64,000 nt of DNA. Origin: Gammaproteobacteria bacterium. Its GTDB lineage: Bacteria; Pseudomonadota; Gammaproteobacteria; Eutrophobiales; Eutrophobiaceae. The translations under genes were made by a program, and so were the position numbers. Shown here in pieces: positions 7,897 through 18,581 of this stretch (positions within the stretch are counted from its first letter, which is position 1; every line of letters starts with the position of its first letter). Below the pieces are notes generated by a model. It was given only the letters and a program-made list of their open reading frames with translations, was not told the origin of the DNA and made no database searches. The DNA is taken from positions 2,376,796 to 2,440,795 of the forward strand of contig OZ242192.1 in assembly GCA_965205955.1 (NCBI GenBank). Reading direction: 5' to 3'.

Positions 7897-9357
7897 ATGC
7901 GTATAACTGAAGAAGCATTGACCTTTGATGATGTATTGCTCGTACCGGATTATACCGAGATCCTGCCGCGTGATGTGTCTTTGCGGACTCGGCTGACGCG
8001 ACGGATAGAGTTGAATATCCCGCTGATCTCCGCGGCAATGGATACCGTTACCGAATCGGGAGTCGCGATAGCGCTGGCTCAGGAGGGAGGGATTGGGATC
8101 ATTCATAAGAATATGAGCCCGGAGATGCAGGCGGAAAATGTTCGGCGAGTCAAAAAATATGCAAGCAGTGTGATCAAGGATCCGCTCACGGTTGGGCCCT
8201 ATACCAGTATCCAGGAAGTTATCGATTTAACCCGGGAAAACAATATCTCCGGTGTGCCGGTTGTGGATGGCGAAGAGCTGGTTGGCATTGTTACCAGCCG
8301 TGATTTCAGGTTTGAAAAGAAGACAAGCGATCCGGTCAAAAATATTATGACGCACAAGAAAGACCTGGTGACAGTGCGGGAAAATGCCACCAAGGATAAA
8401 GTGCAGGATTTGCTGCACCGGCATCGGATTGAAAAAATACTTGTAGTCGATGACGAGTTTCGGCTGGCCGGGCTGATTACGGTCAAGGATATGCAAAAGG
8501 CGTCCCAATATCCAAATGCCTGTCTGGATGAAGCGAGGCGTCTCCGTGTCGGTGCGGCGGTGGGTGTAGGCAAGGCATCCATGGAGCGCGTCGAACAATT
8601 GGTTGACGCGGACGTTGATGTGATTGCGGTGGATACGGCACACGGGCACTCGAAGGGGGTGCTGGACATGGTCAAATGGATCAAGGCGCAATTTGAAGAT
8701 ATTCAGGTAATCGGCGGGAATATTGCCACCGGAGAGGCGGCGCTTGCATTGGCGGATGCGGGAGCGGATGCGGTCAAGGTGGGTATAGGTCCGGGGTCAA
8801 TTTGCACTACCCGTGCCATCAGCGGTGTCGGCATACCGCAAATATCCGCGATAGCGAATGTTGCCAAGGCCCTCAGGGAAAAGGCGATCCCGATAATTTC
8901 GGATGGAGGAATACGCTATTCCGGTGATATTGCCAAGGCCCAGGCTGCCGGCGCCTATAGTACGATGATCGGCGGTTTGTTTGCCGGATGCGAGGAGGCG
9001 CCGGGCGAGATCGAGCTTTATCAGGGCCGCTCCTACAAGTCTTACCGCGGCATGGGGTCTGTTGGGGCAATGTCACAGCAGCATAATTCATCGGATCGTT
9101 ATTTTCAGGAAAATGATGAGATTGAAAAACTGGTTCCGGAAGGGGTGGAAGGCCGGGTGCCTTATAAAGGGCCGCTGGCGGCAATAGTGCATCAATTGCT
9201 CGGCGGTGTCAGGGCGGCGATGGGCTATACGGGTTGTTTGACCCTGAAAGAGATGCGGGAAAAGGTGCGTTTCGTTCGTCTGACCGGGGCGGGCTTCAGA
9301 GAAAGCCATATCCATGACGTTACGGTTACCAAAGAACCACCGAATTACAGAATTTAA
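7897..9357 (+). CDS. guaB: IMP dehydrogenase
   Basis: 486 aa, colinear with E. coli GuaB: [23 protein letters not shown], two CBS domains and the C-terminal KEPPNYRI. Confidence 0.95.
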   Translation: MRITEEALTFDDVLLVPDYTEILPRDVSLRTRLTRRIELNIPLISAAMDTVTESGVAIALAQEGGIGIIHKNMSPEMQAENVRRVKKYASSVIKDPLTVGPYTSIQEVIDLTRENNISGVPVVDGEELVGIVTSRDFRFEKKTSDPVKNIMTHKKDLVTVRENATKDKVQDLLHRHRIEKILVVDDEFRLAGLITVKDMQKASQYPNACLDEARRLRVGAAVGVGKASMERVEQLVDADVDVIAVDTAHGHSKGVLDMVKWIKAQFEDIQVIGGNIATGEAALALADAGADAVKVGIGPGSICTTRAISGVGIPQISAIANVAKALREKAIPIISDGGIRYSGDIAKAQAAGAYSTMIGGLFAGCEEAPGEIELYQGRSYKSYRGMGSVGAMSQQHNSSDRYFQENDEIEKLVPEGVEGRVPYKGPLAAIVHQLLGGVRAAMGYTGCLTLKEMREKVRFVRLTGAGFRESHIHDVTVTKEPPNYRI

Positions 9358-9441
9358 ATCGAGCATCCTCGTCCAACCGGCTGCGGCGCCAATACTATTG
9401 AGTAAGCTCGATCCCTCCCAATACGACAGTGTGAGGTATAA

Positions 9442-11016
9442 ATGATGGACAATATACATTCGGAACGTGTATTGATCCTCAATTTCGGGTCACAGTACAC
9501 GCAATTGATTGCACGACGGGTGAGAGAGGCTGGAATTTATAGTGAGATCCGTTCCTGTGACAGCGATGAACAGGCGATCAGGGATTTCAGGCCCAACGCC
9601 ATCATCCTTTCCGGGGGGCCGGAGTCGGCAACAAAGCCGAATGGCCGGCGGGCGCCTGATGCCGTCTTCGATATGGGCTTGCCGGTGCTGGGTATTTGCT
9701 ACGGCATGCAAATCATGGCGCAACAATTGGGGGGGAAAGTCAAATCCTCATTGCGTGAATTCGGTCATGCGCAAGTGCGGGCGCGTGGTCATTCAGAGTT
9801 GTTACAAGGCATTCAGGATGAAACCAATGCCGAGGGGCATGGCATATTGAATGTCTGGATGAGTCACGGCGACCGGGTAGAGGAATTGCCGCAGGGATTC
9901 AAGGTAATTGCTTCCACCACCAATGCGCCTATTGCCGGCATTGCCAATGAATCAAAGCGCCTGTACGGACTGCAATTTCATCCCGAGGTCACACACACCA
10001 GGCAGGGCGCGGCGATACTGCGGCGTTTTTTAGGTAAGATATCCGGCTGTCATGCGCTTTGGACAACGGAAAATATTATTGAGGACACGATAACAAGAGT
10101 AAAGCGGCAGGTGGGGAAGGAAAAGGTTCTGCTGGCCGTGTCGGGGGGCGTGGATTCTTCAATCGTGGCCGCCCTGCTGCACCAGGCCATTGGTGATCAG
10201 CTGGTGTGTGTATTTGTCGATAATGGACTGTTGCGTCTGAATGAAAGCGAGCAGGTACGGAACACCTTCGTTGAATGTATGGGTATAGACATCATCAGAA
10301 TCGATGCGCGGCAGCGTTTTCTCGAACAATTGCGGGGGGTGGAAGACCCGGAGCAAAAACGCAGGATTGTCGGAGGCGAGTTCATCAAGGTGTTTGAAGA
10401 GCATGCGAGGGATTTTGAAGGGATCAAGTGGCTGGCACAGGGCACTATCTATCCGGATGTTATCGAGTCCGGCAGTTCCGGCGCCGAGCCAGCGCATGTG
10501 ATTAAATCGCATCACAATGTCGGAGGACTGCCGGAAACTATGAGCATGAAACTGATTGAGCCCCTGCGCGAATTGTTCAAGGATGAGGTGAGAAAACTGG
10601 GTGTCCAACTCGGATTGCCTGAATCCTTGGTGTACAGGCATCCTTTCCCGGGGCCGGGTCTAAGCGTTCGCATTCTGGGCGAGATCAAGCAAGAATATAT
10701 CGACTTGTTGAGATCAGCGGATAACATTTTTATCGAGGAATTGAAAACAAACAATTTATACGATGAGGTGAGCCAGGCCTTTGCCGTTCTCCTGCCGGTG
10801 CGCTCGGTAGGCATCATGGGCGATCGCCGCAAATATGGCTACGTGGTTTCACTGCGCGCAGTGGTTACCGTTGATTTCATGACTGCGCACTGGGCACATT
10901 TACCCCATGATTTTCTGGAAAAGGTTTCCAACCGCATTATCAATGAAGTGGACGGCATCTCGCGGGTAACCTATGATATTTCCGGCAAGCCGCCGGCGAC
11001 CATTGAGTGGGAATAG
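9442..11016 (+). CDS. guaA: GMP synthase (glutamine-hydrolysing)
   Basis: 524 aa: [32 protein letters not shown], and the C-terminal PPATIEWE. Confidence 0.95.
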   Translation: MMDNIHSERVLILNFGSQYTQLIARRVREAGIYSEIRSCDSDEQAIRDFRPNAIILSGGPESATKPNGRRAPDAVFDMGLPVLGICYGMQIMAQQLGGKVKSSLREFGHAQVRARGHSELLQGIQDETNAEGHGILNVWMSHGDRVEELPQGFKVIASTTNAPIAGIANESKRLYGLQFHPEVTHTRQGAAILRRFLGKISGCHALWTTENIIEDTITRVKRQVGKEKVLLAVSGGVDSSIVAALLHQAIGDQLVCVFVDNGLLRLNESEQVRNTFVECMGIDIIRIDARQRFLEQLRGVEDPEQKRRIVGGEFIKVFEEHARDFEGIKWLAQGTIYPDVIESGSSGAEPAHVIKSHHNVGGLPETMSMKLIEPLRELFKDEVRKLGVQLGLPESLVYRHPFPGPGLSVRILGEIKQEYIDLLRSADNIFIEELKTNNLYDEVSQAFAVLLPVRSVGIMGDRRKYGYVVSLRAVVTVDFMTAHWAHLPHDFLEKVSNRIINEVDGISRVTYDISGKPPATIEWE

Positions 11017-11143
11017 GGGTTATGATCCGGGCCGATTTATAAAATTTCCGTATACAGAAAAAATATACTGTTCAAATCATCCAAATAGTTCTAGAATAAG
11101 CAACTTTAAAATTGAAATTTAACCAACCAGGGGAATTTTAGAC

Positions 11144-11329
11144 ATGCCTACTCTAAAAGAATTGAAGAAGCAACAAGTAGAACTTGAAAAGAAAATTGCA
11201 ATAGCTCGTAAGGATGAACGAACCGAAGCGCTCAAAAAGGTTAAGGAGCTTTGCAAGGAATTTGGATTTACAGCCGGGATGCTCAAAGGGACACTGGCTG
11301 CTGGACGTAAATCCAAATATAAATCCTGA
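11144..11329 (+). CDS. small coiled-coil protein resembling the N-terminal dimerisation domain of H-NS/MvaT-family nucleoid proteins, with a Lys-rich tail and no canonical DNA-binding domain
   Basis: 61 aa: MPTLKELKKQQVELEKKIAIARKDERTEALKKVKELCKEFGFTAGMLKGTLAAGRKSKYKS. The heptad pattern resembles the MvaT/H-NS N-terminus. An AT-rich promoter region lies upstream. Confidence 0.3.
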   Translation: MPTLKELKKQQVELEKKIAIARKDERTEALKKVKELCKEFGFTAGMLKGTLAAGRKSKYKS

Positions 11330-11491
11330 TCCGCTCATCCGGAGCAAAGCGTCTATAGTTAAAACTGAGCTGCATTCAGTAGTATTTACGATCCTCTATA
11401 AAAAGGAAGCTGGATGCAGTACGCAGGAAAAAGTGCGGTTACTGCCCCGATAAATGGCAATGCTGTCAATGAATGTGCCACATTAAAAAGT

Positions 11492-11851
11492 ATGGATATT
11501 ATTTACCTGAAAGATCTGCGCATTGACACAATCATCGGCATCCATGATTGGGAGCGACGGGTACAGCAGACTGTTAGTATCGATCTGGAAATGGCGGCAG
11601 ATAACAGGAAAGCCGCAACCAATGACTGCATCGATGACACCTTGAATTATAAGGAAGTGGCAAAATGCCTTATTGCTTTTGTCGGGGCCAGTCAATTTCA
11701 ATTGGTTGAAACGCTGGCGGAGCGAATTGCGGAAATGCTGGTGAATGAATTTAATGTGCCCTGGCTCAGGCTGAGACTGAACAAACGCGGCGCACTCACA
11801 GGTGTGCGCGATGTCGGTGTAATTATAGAACGAGGCGCGGAAAACAGATGA
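11492..11851 (+). CDS. folB: dihydroneopterin aldolase
   Basis: MDIIYLKDLRIDTIIGIHDWERRVQQTVSIDLEMA... is the FolB fold signature. The gene overlaps the folK start. Confidence 0.8.
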   Translation: MDIIYLKDLRIDTIIGIHDWERRVQQTVSIDLEMAADNRKAATNDCIDDTLNYKEVAKCLIAFVGASQFQLVETLAERIAEMLVNEFNVPWLRLRLNKRGALTGVRDVGVIIERGAENR

Positions 11852-12336
11852 CCCAAGTGTATGTGGGCATTGGCAGTAATATCGATCGCATTAATAATGT
11901 CAAAGGCGGGATCCTTGCGCTGAAGCAGCAGTTTGGCAAGGTCATTGTTTCCCCGGTTTATGAATGCAGGCCTTTTGGTTTTGAGGGCGATAATTTCTAC
12001 AATCTCGTCGTCGGTTTTGAGACGAATTCCGATGTTGAAAAACTGCATTCCGAACTGCGTCGTATTGAGTTTCAATTCGGGAGGAAAAGGAATGAACCGC
12101 GATTTTCTTCCAGAACCCTGGATATCGATCTATTGCTTTATGGTGATCTGGTCAGTAAAAAGAGGGGCATCCCGCGTCATGATATTATCAAATACGATTT
12201 TGTGTTGAAGCCTCTGGCAGATATTGCTCCCCATTGGCGGCACCCTAAAACAGGCGCGGTAATCACATCCATGTGGGCTATATTCGACAAATCAAAGTCC
12301 GCATTGACAACTGTTACGCTGAATTTGAATGATTGA
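11848..12336 (+). CDS. folK: 2-amino-4-hydroxy-6-hydroxymethyldihydropteridine pyrophosphokinase (HPPK)
   Basis: MTQVYVGIGSNIDRINNVKGGILALKQ...VSPVYECRPFGFEGDNFYNLVVGFETN...RTLDIDLLLYGD is typical of HPPK. Confidence 0.85.
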   Translation: MTQVYVGIGSNIDRINNVKGGILALKQQFGKVIVSPVYECRPFGFEGDNFYNLVVGFETNSDVEKLHSELRRIEFQFGRKRNEPRFSSRTLDIDLLLYGDLVSKKRGIPRHDIIKYDFVLKPLADIAPHWRHPKTGAVITSMWAIFDKSKSALTTVTLNLND

Positions 12337-12342
12337 CCTTCC

Positions 12343-12753
12343 ATGAAACAACTACTCTTCGCAACACTTATTATCGCGCTTGCAGGATGCGGCGGATTCA
12401 AAAAAAAGCAGCCGGCGGAACATTTGAAAAAGGCAATGACGAATTACGAGGTGGCCTTGCGCTGGTCCCTCTACAAGAAGGCGGTTTTCTACCATAAAAG
12501 AAGGGAAAGCGGCAAGCCCGCCGCCGCCGTCAATATCGATGCAATAAAAGAGCTCCGTATCACCGGTGTTGACACCCCGGATATAGTCATAAATGACGAT
12601 CAGACCGAGGCCATAGTCACGGTTGAAATCAGTTATTACCAGCAAGATTACGGAATAATCAAAAACATGAGGTTCCAGCAAATCTGGTGGTATGATCCGG
12701 AATCGGAGCATTGGTTTACTGAAAGCGATTTCCCGAATCTTGAATCGCAATAG
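12343..12753 (+). CDS. lipoprotein of unknown function
   Basis: The signal peptide has a lipobox: MKQLLFATLIIALAGCGG. Confidence 0.5.
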   Translation: MKQLLFATLIIALAGCGGFKKKQPAEHLKKAMTNYEVALRWSLYKKAVFYHKRRESGKPAAAVNIDAIKELRITGVDTPDIVINDDQTEAIVTVEISYYQQDYGIIKNMRFQQIWWYDPESEHWFTESDFPNLESQ

Positions 12754-12817
12754 TCCGGATTCCGCCGGATCAATCGCACCGTATATTCCAACGCCCGGAC
12801 GGGATGCGGTGCGCATC

Positions 12818-13543
12818 TCAGGAATATAAGGTTCTTCCTCCATCAATGGTCAGCACTTGTCCGGTCATGTAATCGGCCCCTTCGATCAGGAATAGCGCCG
12901 CATTTGAAATATCTTTGTTTGTCCCGGCCCTTTTGAGGCTGATTCTGCTCAGGATCGCTTGCATCTCGTCCTCGGATGTATTGGACGGCCAACTGATTGC
13001 CCCCGGCGAAATTGCATTCACCCGTATATCGGGGGCCAACTCCCTGGCCAGTGATTTGGTCAGCATGATGATGCCAGCCTGGGAAATACTGTACATTGAA
13101 TATCCTCGCAGAGGACGCTCGGCATGAATATCGGCAATATTGATGATTGTCTCCAGCCCTGTTTGCGGTTTAGCCAGTAGCTGGGAAAGAAAAAAAGGCG
13201 CTTTTACATTCACATTCATTATATCTTCCCATACAGGGCTCGATGCAGTGTGTACAGGAGTGGGAAGAAAAACAGATGCATTATTTATCAACACATCAAT
13301 CCTGCCCTTGAATTTCAGAGCGGCGTCACAAAGAGAGTGTAGCGAGTCATTGTCCGCCAGGTTCGCATGCACTGAAATGGCGGACTCCGGTCGCGTATCA
13401 TTCAGCCTTTTCTCAAGTGTGCCGGATTCAACCCGGGACGAATTGTAATGAATAACGACATCCATACCGGCCTCATGCAGGCAGCCTGCCACATATGCGC
13501 CGATCCTTTTCGCCGCCCCGGTAATCAATACGGTTTTTTGCAT
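12818..13543 (-). CDS. short-chain dehydrogenase/reductase, pteridine-reductase-like (FolM/PTR1 family)
   Basis: The N-terminus TGAAKRIG carries the TGxxxRxG motif. YxxxK is present (YSISQAG). The gene sits next to folBK. Confidence 0.65.
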   Translation of the reverse strand: MQKTVLITGAAKRIGAYVAGCLHEAGMDVVIHYNSSRVESGTLEKRLNDTRPESAISVHANLADNDSLHSLCDAALKFKGRIDVLINNASVFLPTPVHTASSPVWEDIMNVNVKAPFFLSQLLAKPQTGLETIINIADIHAERPLRGYSMYSISQAGIIMLTKSLARELAPDIRVNAISPGAISWPSNTSEDEMQAILSRISLKRAGTNKDISNAALFLIEGADYMTGQVLTIDGGRTLYS

Positions 13544-13598
13544 ACTTCAGCACTTATTTCCTTGATAAGATATTTCCACGGCATACCATGCGCGTATT

Positions 13599-14801
13599 AT
13601 GTGGCAATCGACAGAATTGAAAACACTCCAATCACTTCCGCTTCCCGATAATCATGGATTGCGGCACAGCCAGGCCGTACATGATTCCCTGTGCGAATAT
13701 ATAAACACCCAAAACGGCGTGATTCGTTTCGATCAATATACTGCATTTGTCCTGTACAAACCAGGCCTGGGATATTACAGCAGCGGCAATCAAAAGTTCG
13801 GCGCGGCGGGTGATTTTACGACGGCGCCGGAAATTTCACCGCTGTTCTCCCGCTGCATGGCCAATCAATGCCGGTCAATTCTGGAGCGCATCGATAATGG
13901 CGCAATTCTGGAACTCGGCGCCGGCTCAGGCATCATGGCCTGCGATATTTTGCAGCATCTGGAGCAGATGGGGACGCTGCCTGCAGAATATCTGATACTT
14001 GAACTAAGCGCCGAATTGCGCGACCGGCAGCAGACCTTGATAAAACAGCAGGCGGCGCATTTATTCGACCGGGTAAAATGGCTGGATGCGTTGCCGGAAG
14101 ACGCCTCTTTTTCCGGCATTATTATTGGCAATGAAGTGCTGGATGCAATGCCCGTGAGGCGCTTCATCATCGATGAAGAGGAATACCGGCAGTTAGGCGT
14201 GTGCGTTGCCGATGATCAACTCGCATGGAAGATCATGGACATGGACGAGGCCTTAACAGAAGAAACGGAAAAAATCCCGCAATTCCTGAGCGGGAATTTT
14301 TGCAACGATTATATTTCTGAAATTAATTTACAATTGCAGCCCTGGCTGGCTGCGTTATCCGCATGTCTATATCGGGGCGCAGTTTTGTTGACAGACTACG
14401 GTTATCCGCTGGCGGAATACTTTCACCCGCAGCGCTCCGGCGGCACATTGCTTTGCCATTACCGCCATCGCGTCCATGACGATCCCTTCCTGTATCCGGG
14501 CTTGCAGGATATCACCGCATCGGTGAATTTTACCGCATTGGCGGAAAAGGCCGTGCAATGCGGATTCGAAGTAAGCGGTTATACCTCGCAGACCTATTTT
14601 CTGGCGGGAAACGGATTGGAAAATGAGATGCGGCGTTATGCTCAGCCTGATGCCAGAACCCGGGCGGAAATTTCACGGCAGGCGCGTATCCTGACTTTGC
14701 CTGGTGAAATGGGGGAGCGCTTCAAGGCGATAGTATTGACTAAAGAATTTGATACTATATTGCAGGGATTTTCGATACGGGATCAGCGCATACTGTTATA
14801 A
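13599..14801 (+). CDS. class I SAM-dependent methyltransferase, MidA/NDUFAF7 (DUF185) family
   Basis: Motifs TAPEISPLFSRCMANQ, ELGAGSGIMACDIL and PVRRFII. Confidence 0.65.
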   Translation: MWQSTELKTLQSLPLPDNHGLRHSQAVHDSLCEYINTQNGVIRFDQYTAFVLYKPGLGYYSSGNQKFGAAGDFTTAPEISPLFSRCMANQCRSILERIDNGAILELGAGSGIMACDILQHLEQMGTLPAEYLILELSAELRDRQQTLIKQQAAHLFDRVKWLDALPEDASFSGIIIGNEVLDAMPVRRFIIDEEEYRQLGVCVADDQLAWKIMDMDEALTEETEKIPQFLSGNFCNDYISEINLQLQPWLAALSACLYRGAVLLTDYGYPLAEYFHPQRSGGTLLCHYRHRVHDDPFLYPGLQDITASVNFTALAEKAVQCGFEVSGYTSQTYFLAGNGLENEMRRYAQPDARTRAEISRQARILTLPGEMGERFKAIVLTKEFDTILQGFSIRDQRILL

Positions 14802-14943
14802 ACTCATTTACTTGCCGGATTTTCCCAAAAACCAGCCGCGAATAATACGCTGCGCGATAGCGGTTCGGTAATAACAGCAAGCCGTCACAGGCAAGAATGG
14901 CCGCCGCTGTTTTTCTTTTTCACGCTCATATAACGATAAAAAA

Positions 14944-15744
14944 TTGGATCTGATACATATCATCGTACTCTCGATCATTCAGGGTCTGACCGAATTTTTG
15001 CCGGTATCGAGTTCCGCCCATTTGATCTTGCTGTCGTGGATTGCGGGTTGGCAGGATCAAGGGCTGGCGCTCGATGTTGCGGCGCACTTCGCCAGCGCAT
15101 GCGCGGCACTGATCTATTTCAGAAAAGATGTAGCCCGGATACTGAATGCGGGTTTTATTTCCGTAGCGCAGCGGGAATGCAATACAGTCGACGCAAAATT
15201 ATTCTGGCACATCGTGATTGCCAGCATTCCCGTTCTGCTCGCCGGATGGCTTGCACGAGAGATCATTACAGCGCATTTGCGCGACCCGTTGATTATTGCC
15301 TCCGCCTCCATCGGTTTCGGCCTGCTGCTCTGGTTTGCCGATATAAAAGGTAGCAGGAGCCGTTCGATAGCTACGATTACGATGCGGGATGCGATCATTA
15401 TCGGTCTCGCCCAGGCCGTGGCGCTACTACCCGGCACTTCCCGCTCAGGCTTTACCATAACGGTCGCATTGATGCTGGGGCTGGACAGAATTTCGGCGGC
15501 GCGCTTTTCCTTCCTATTGGCGATCCCTGTCATTCTCGTTGCGGCAACATATGAATTTTTCATACTGATTCAATCCGGGAACACCGTCGATATGATGGAT
15601 TTCCTTATCACAGCCGGGTTATCGTTCATCACTGCAATACTTACCATCCATTATTTTCTAAGGTTTATCGAACAGATAGGGATGCTGCCGTTTGTGATCT
15701 ATCGGGTGATCCTGGGTGGGGCGCTTTTCATAGTATTCCTATGA
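14944..15744 (+). CDS. uppP: undecaprenyl-diphosphate phosphatase (UppP/BacA); TTG start
   Basis: LTEFLPVSSSAHLIL, PGTSRSGFTIT, 266 aa polytopic membrane protein. Confidence 0.9.
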   Translation: MDLIHIIVLSIIQGLTEFLPVSSSAHLILLSWIAGWQDQGLALDVAAHFASACAALIYFRKDVARILNAGFISVAQRECNTVDAKLFWHIVIASIPVLLAGWLAREIITAHLRDPLIIASASIGFGLLLWFADIKGSRSRSIATITMRDAIIIGLAQAVALLPGTSRSGFTITVALMLGLDRISAARFSFLLAIPVILVAATYEFFILIQSGNTVDMMDFLITAGLSFITAILTIHYFLRFIEQIGMLPFVIYRVILGGALFIVFL

Positions 15745-15765
15745 AAAAATTGCCGACGAACAGGA

Positions 15766-16317
15766 TTAAAACGAGGAGTCCGTACCTTGCAGAAATTCGA
15801 TTTCCTCCCTGGTGGACATTCTGCCCAGTATTCCATTACGGTGCGGATAGCGGCTAAACTGTTCGATGATTGCCTTATGTTTCAATTCAAATTCCAGACT
15901 GGATCCCAAACCGGGCTCACGGTACAACTCAACGGCAATTTCGTGCATAGCCAATGATTCACTGTGCATGTACGGCATATATAAAAAGGTCTTCTGATTA
16001 TTATCCAGATTTTCCTGGGTCCTATTTGCCACCGCCTGCTGGGACAGGCACAGTGCGAGCGGATCATGGATAAAAGCATTTCTATGCCCCCGGTACAGAT
16101 TGCGTGAAAACTGATCGATAACGATAATTTCCGCAAGACACCCGCCCGGATCCTCCCGCCAGCGGTAAAGCTCGCAACGGATCGCCTGTTGATGAATCTC
16201 AAAAAAGCGCCGCCTAATCGCTTCGTCCAGCTCATCTGATTTTGTCCACCAACATTCCCGATCCAGTTCCGCAAACCAAAAATCCAGGATCTGCCGGTAA
16301 TTGGCAACCTCGGCCAT
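15766..16317 (-). CDS. DUF924 family protein
   Basis: 183 aa, beginning MAEVANYRQILDFWFAELDRECWWTKSDELDEAIRRRF. Confidence 0.6.
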   Translation of the reverse strand: MAEVANYRQILDFWFAELDRECWWTKSDELDEAIRRRFFEIHQQAIRCELYRWREDPGGCLAEIIVIDQFSRNLYRGHRNAFIHDPLALCLSQQAVANRTQENLDNNQKTFLYMPYMHSESLAMHEIAVELYREPGLGSSLEFELKHKAIIEQFSRYPHRNGILGRMSTREEIEFLQGTDSSF

Positions 16318-17525
16318 TATTGCGCTTCAGCCAGCAAATCCACCCGTCTTTTTCGCAGTTCACCAGCCAGGGCCATGCCGACAAATCCCTGATCGAGCAG
16401 CTCCTGCACATCGATCTTGCTGCACTCTGCAAGCGCACTGACAAAAAAATCAGACTGCGGATAATCCATATCTTCAAAGCCGGCACGTCCGCGTATATCC
16501 GCTTCGCATACCAGCAAAAACTGTCGAAATCTATCCGGCCTGCGAAACGCATCCAGCGCCTCGAGCTTTTTCAAAACAGTTCCCGGCCTCATCTCCATAA
16601 TGCGATGGCAATCTATATGGAAACGCGAAACCAGGACGGCAAGCTCCCGGTATTGGCGGGGTATTTTAAGGCGATCGCACATTTGCTCAATAATTACCAC
16701 CCCTCTTTCCGCATGCCCGTGATGTGACGGCCATTCCTCACGAGGAGTTTTCGCCTTGCCCAGATCATGGGTCAATGCCGCAAACCGAACCCGGAGATCA
16801 TCCGTCAATCGCGCCGCCTGCTCCAGCACCATCATAGTATGAATGCCGGTGTCAATTTCAGGATGATGCTGCGCAGGTTGCGGAACACCAAACAATGCTT
16901 CCACTTCCGGCAATAATACCTTCAGGGCATTGCAGGTGCGCAAAACGGAGAGGAACTGCTGCGGATATTTTGTAGCAAGGGCTTTCTCTATTTCCGCCCA
17001 GACGCGCTCGAGGGCCAGATAATTCAATTCCTTGCCGGCGGCAATCTGTTCCATTAACGCTATGGTTTCATCGGCAACCTGGAAATTAAACCGTGCGGCA
17101 AAACGGGCAACCCGCAGGACCCGCAACGGATCCTCGACAAAGCTGGGTGACACATGCCGCAGAATGCCCTGTTCGAGATCGGCCCTGCCATTGAAGGGAT
17201 CGATTAAATTGCCATCCCGATCTTCCGCAATGGCATTGATGGTTAAATCACGCCGCCTCAAATCATTTTCCAGGGTGACATCCTCCCCGGCATGAAAAAT
17301 GAATCCTCCATACCCCGGGGCAACTTTTCTCTCGGTGCGGGCCAGCGCATATTCCTCCTTGCTCTCCGGCTCCAGGAACACCGGAAAGTCTTTCCCCACC
17401 TGTTTAAAACCCTGTCGGATCATTTCATCAGGACTGCTGCCAACCACGACAAAATCACGATCCTTGATCTCCAGACCCAGCAGTTTATCGCGCACGGCTC
17501 CGCCTACAAGATAACTATTTAGCAT
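16317..17525 (-). CDS. cca: multifunctional CCA-adding tRNA nucleotidyltransferase / 2'-nucleotidase / phosphatase
   Basis: MLNSYLVGGAVRDKLLGLEIKDRDFVVVG is the polymerase-beta head. The C-terminal HD domain has HHPEIDTGIHTMMV...ALTHDLGK. Confidence 0.9.
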   Translation of the reverse strand: MLNSYLVGGAVRDKLLGLEIKDRDFVVVGSSPDEMIRQGFKQVGKDFPVFLEPESKEEYALARTERKVAPGYGGFIFHAGEDVTLENDLRRRDLTINAIAEDRDGNLIDPFNGRADLEQGILRHVSPSFVEDPLRVLRVARFAARFNFQVADETIALMEQIAAGKELNYLALERVWAEIEKALATKYPQQFLSVLRTCNALKVLLPEVEALFGVPQPAQHHPEIDTGIHTMMVLEQAARLTDDLRVRFAALTHDLGKAKTPREEWPSHHGHAERGVVIIEQMCDRLKIPRQYRELAVLVSRFHIDCHRIMEMRPGTVLKKLEALDAFRRPDRFRQFLLVCEADIRGRAGFEDMDYPQSDFFVSALAECSKIDVQELLDQGFVGMALAGELRKRRVDLLAEAQ

Positions 17526-17588
17526 AGTGCCGCAAGGTACCTGTAAATGAGTAATTCACCATTTCAGACCACAATAACTCCGATACAT

Positions 17589-18578
17589 TCAGGTCTTATT
17601 CGAAACATCGCGAGAATCATCGTGGCGTTCCCGCATAGTCTGCCGACCAAGATAGGTCGGCACTACCGCCTCGATACTGGTGGGAACAATCTGATAGGCC
17701 CGCAACGCATTCGTTTCACAGATGCTGTCTTTCCTGGTGGAATTATAATTATCCATCGAAAAGGGCTTCTCCATGCCGAAAAGACCGTATACAAATCCGA
17801 ACAAGTCAAAAATGCCGGCCTGCAGGCGGGATAAAATATCGGGCAATGGGATCAGGATGCGGTTGCGGCCGGTTTGCTTCATCGTGTAGCGCACCAGTTC
17901 TTCAAGCGTATAATCCGCCGGCCCGCACAAATCGAGGCGTTTTCCATAGCTGTCCCGATCATTGAGCAAACGGGCTATTACTTCCACAACATCGATAACA
18001 TATACCGGCGCAAATCGCGCACCGGGGCAAGCCAGTGGAAAAAATACCGGTGTGATTTTCAGCAGCCCGGCAAAGCGGTTAAAGAAACTGTCACGGTAGC
18101 CGAAAATAACCGAAGGTCTGAAGCTGGTGACTTTTATCCCATACTCGTTTTGATGCAGCAATTCCTCCGCCCGGCCCTTGCTGCGCAAATAATGACTCGC
18201 TCCATTTTCTGCATCCGCATTCAATCCGCTCATTTGCAGGAGCCTCTTTATATTATTCTGCCGGCAGGCCTCCAGCAGCTTCTCGGCCAATGCTACATGC
18301 GCATGATGAAAGCCGCGGCCCTTGCGGCCCCGTTCATTGAGTATTCCGACCAAATTTATCACCGCATCACAGCCTGCAAGCTGCCGCGTCAATTGCTGCG
18401 GATCATGAATATCCGCTTCGACTAAATCGAGATCAGGGATCAAGATGGTGTTGCTGCGATTATATTCCCGGTTGCGGGTCAGGACGCGCAATAGATAGCC
18501 CTCTTTTGCCAATCGATTGCAAAGACTGACACCTACGAAGCCGGTGCCACCGAGTATCCCGATGCGACGAATGATCAT
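17589..18578 (-). CDS. NAD(P)H-binding epimerase/dehydratase-fold protein, complex I NDUFA9-like
   Basis: IGILGGTGFVGVSLCNRL is a Rossmann fold; 329 aa. Confidence 0.65.
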   Translation of the reverse strand: MIIRRIGILGGTGFVGVSLCNRLAKEGYLLRVLTRNREYNRSNTILIPDLDLVEADIHDPQQLTRQLAGCDAVINLVGILNERGRKGRGFHHAHVALAEKLLEACRQNNIKRLLQMSGLNADAENGASHYLRSKGRAEELLHQNEYGIKVTSFRPSVIFGYRDSFFNRFAGLLKITPVFFPLACPGARFAPVYVIDVVEVIARLLNDRDSYGKRLDLCGPADYTLEELVRYTMKQTGRNRILIPLPDILSRLQAGIFDLFGFVYGLFGMEKPFSMDNYNSTRKDSICETNALRAYQIVPTSIEAVVPTYLGRQTMRERHDDSRDVSNKT

Positions 18579-18581
18579 CGT

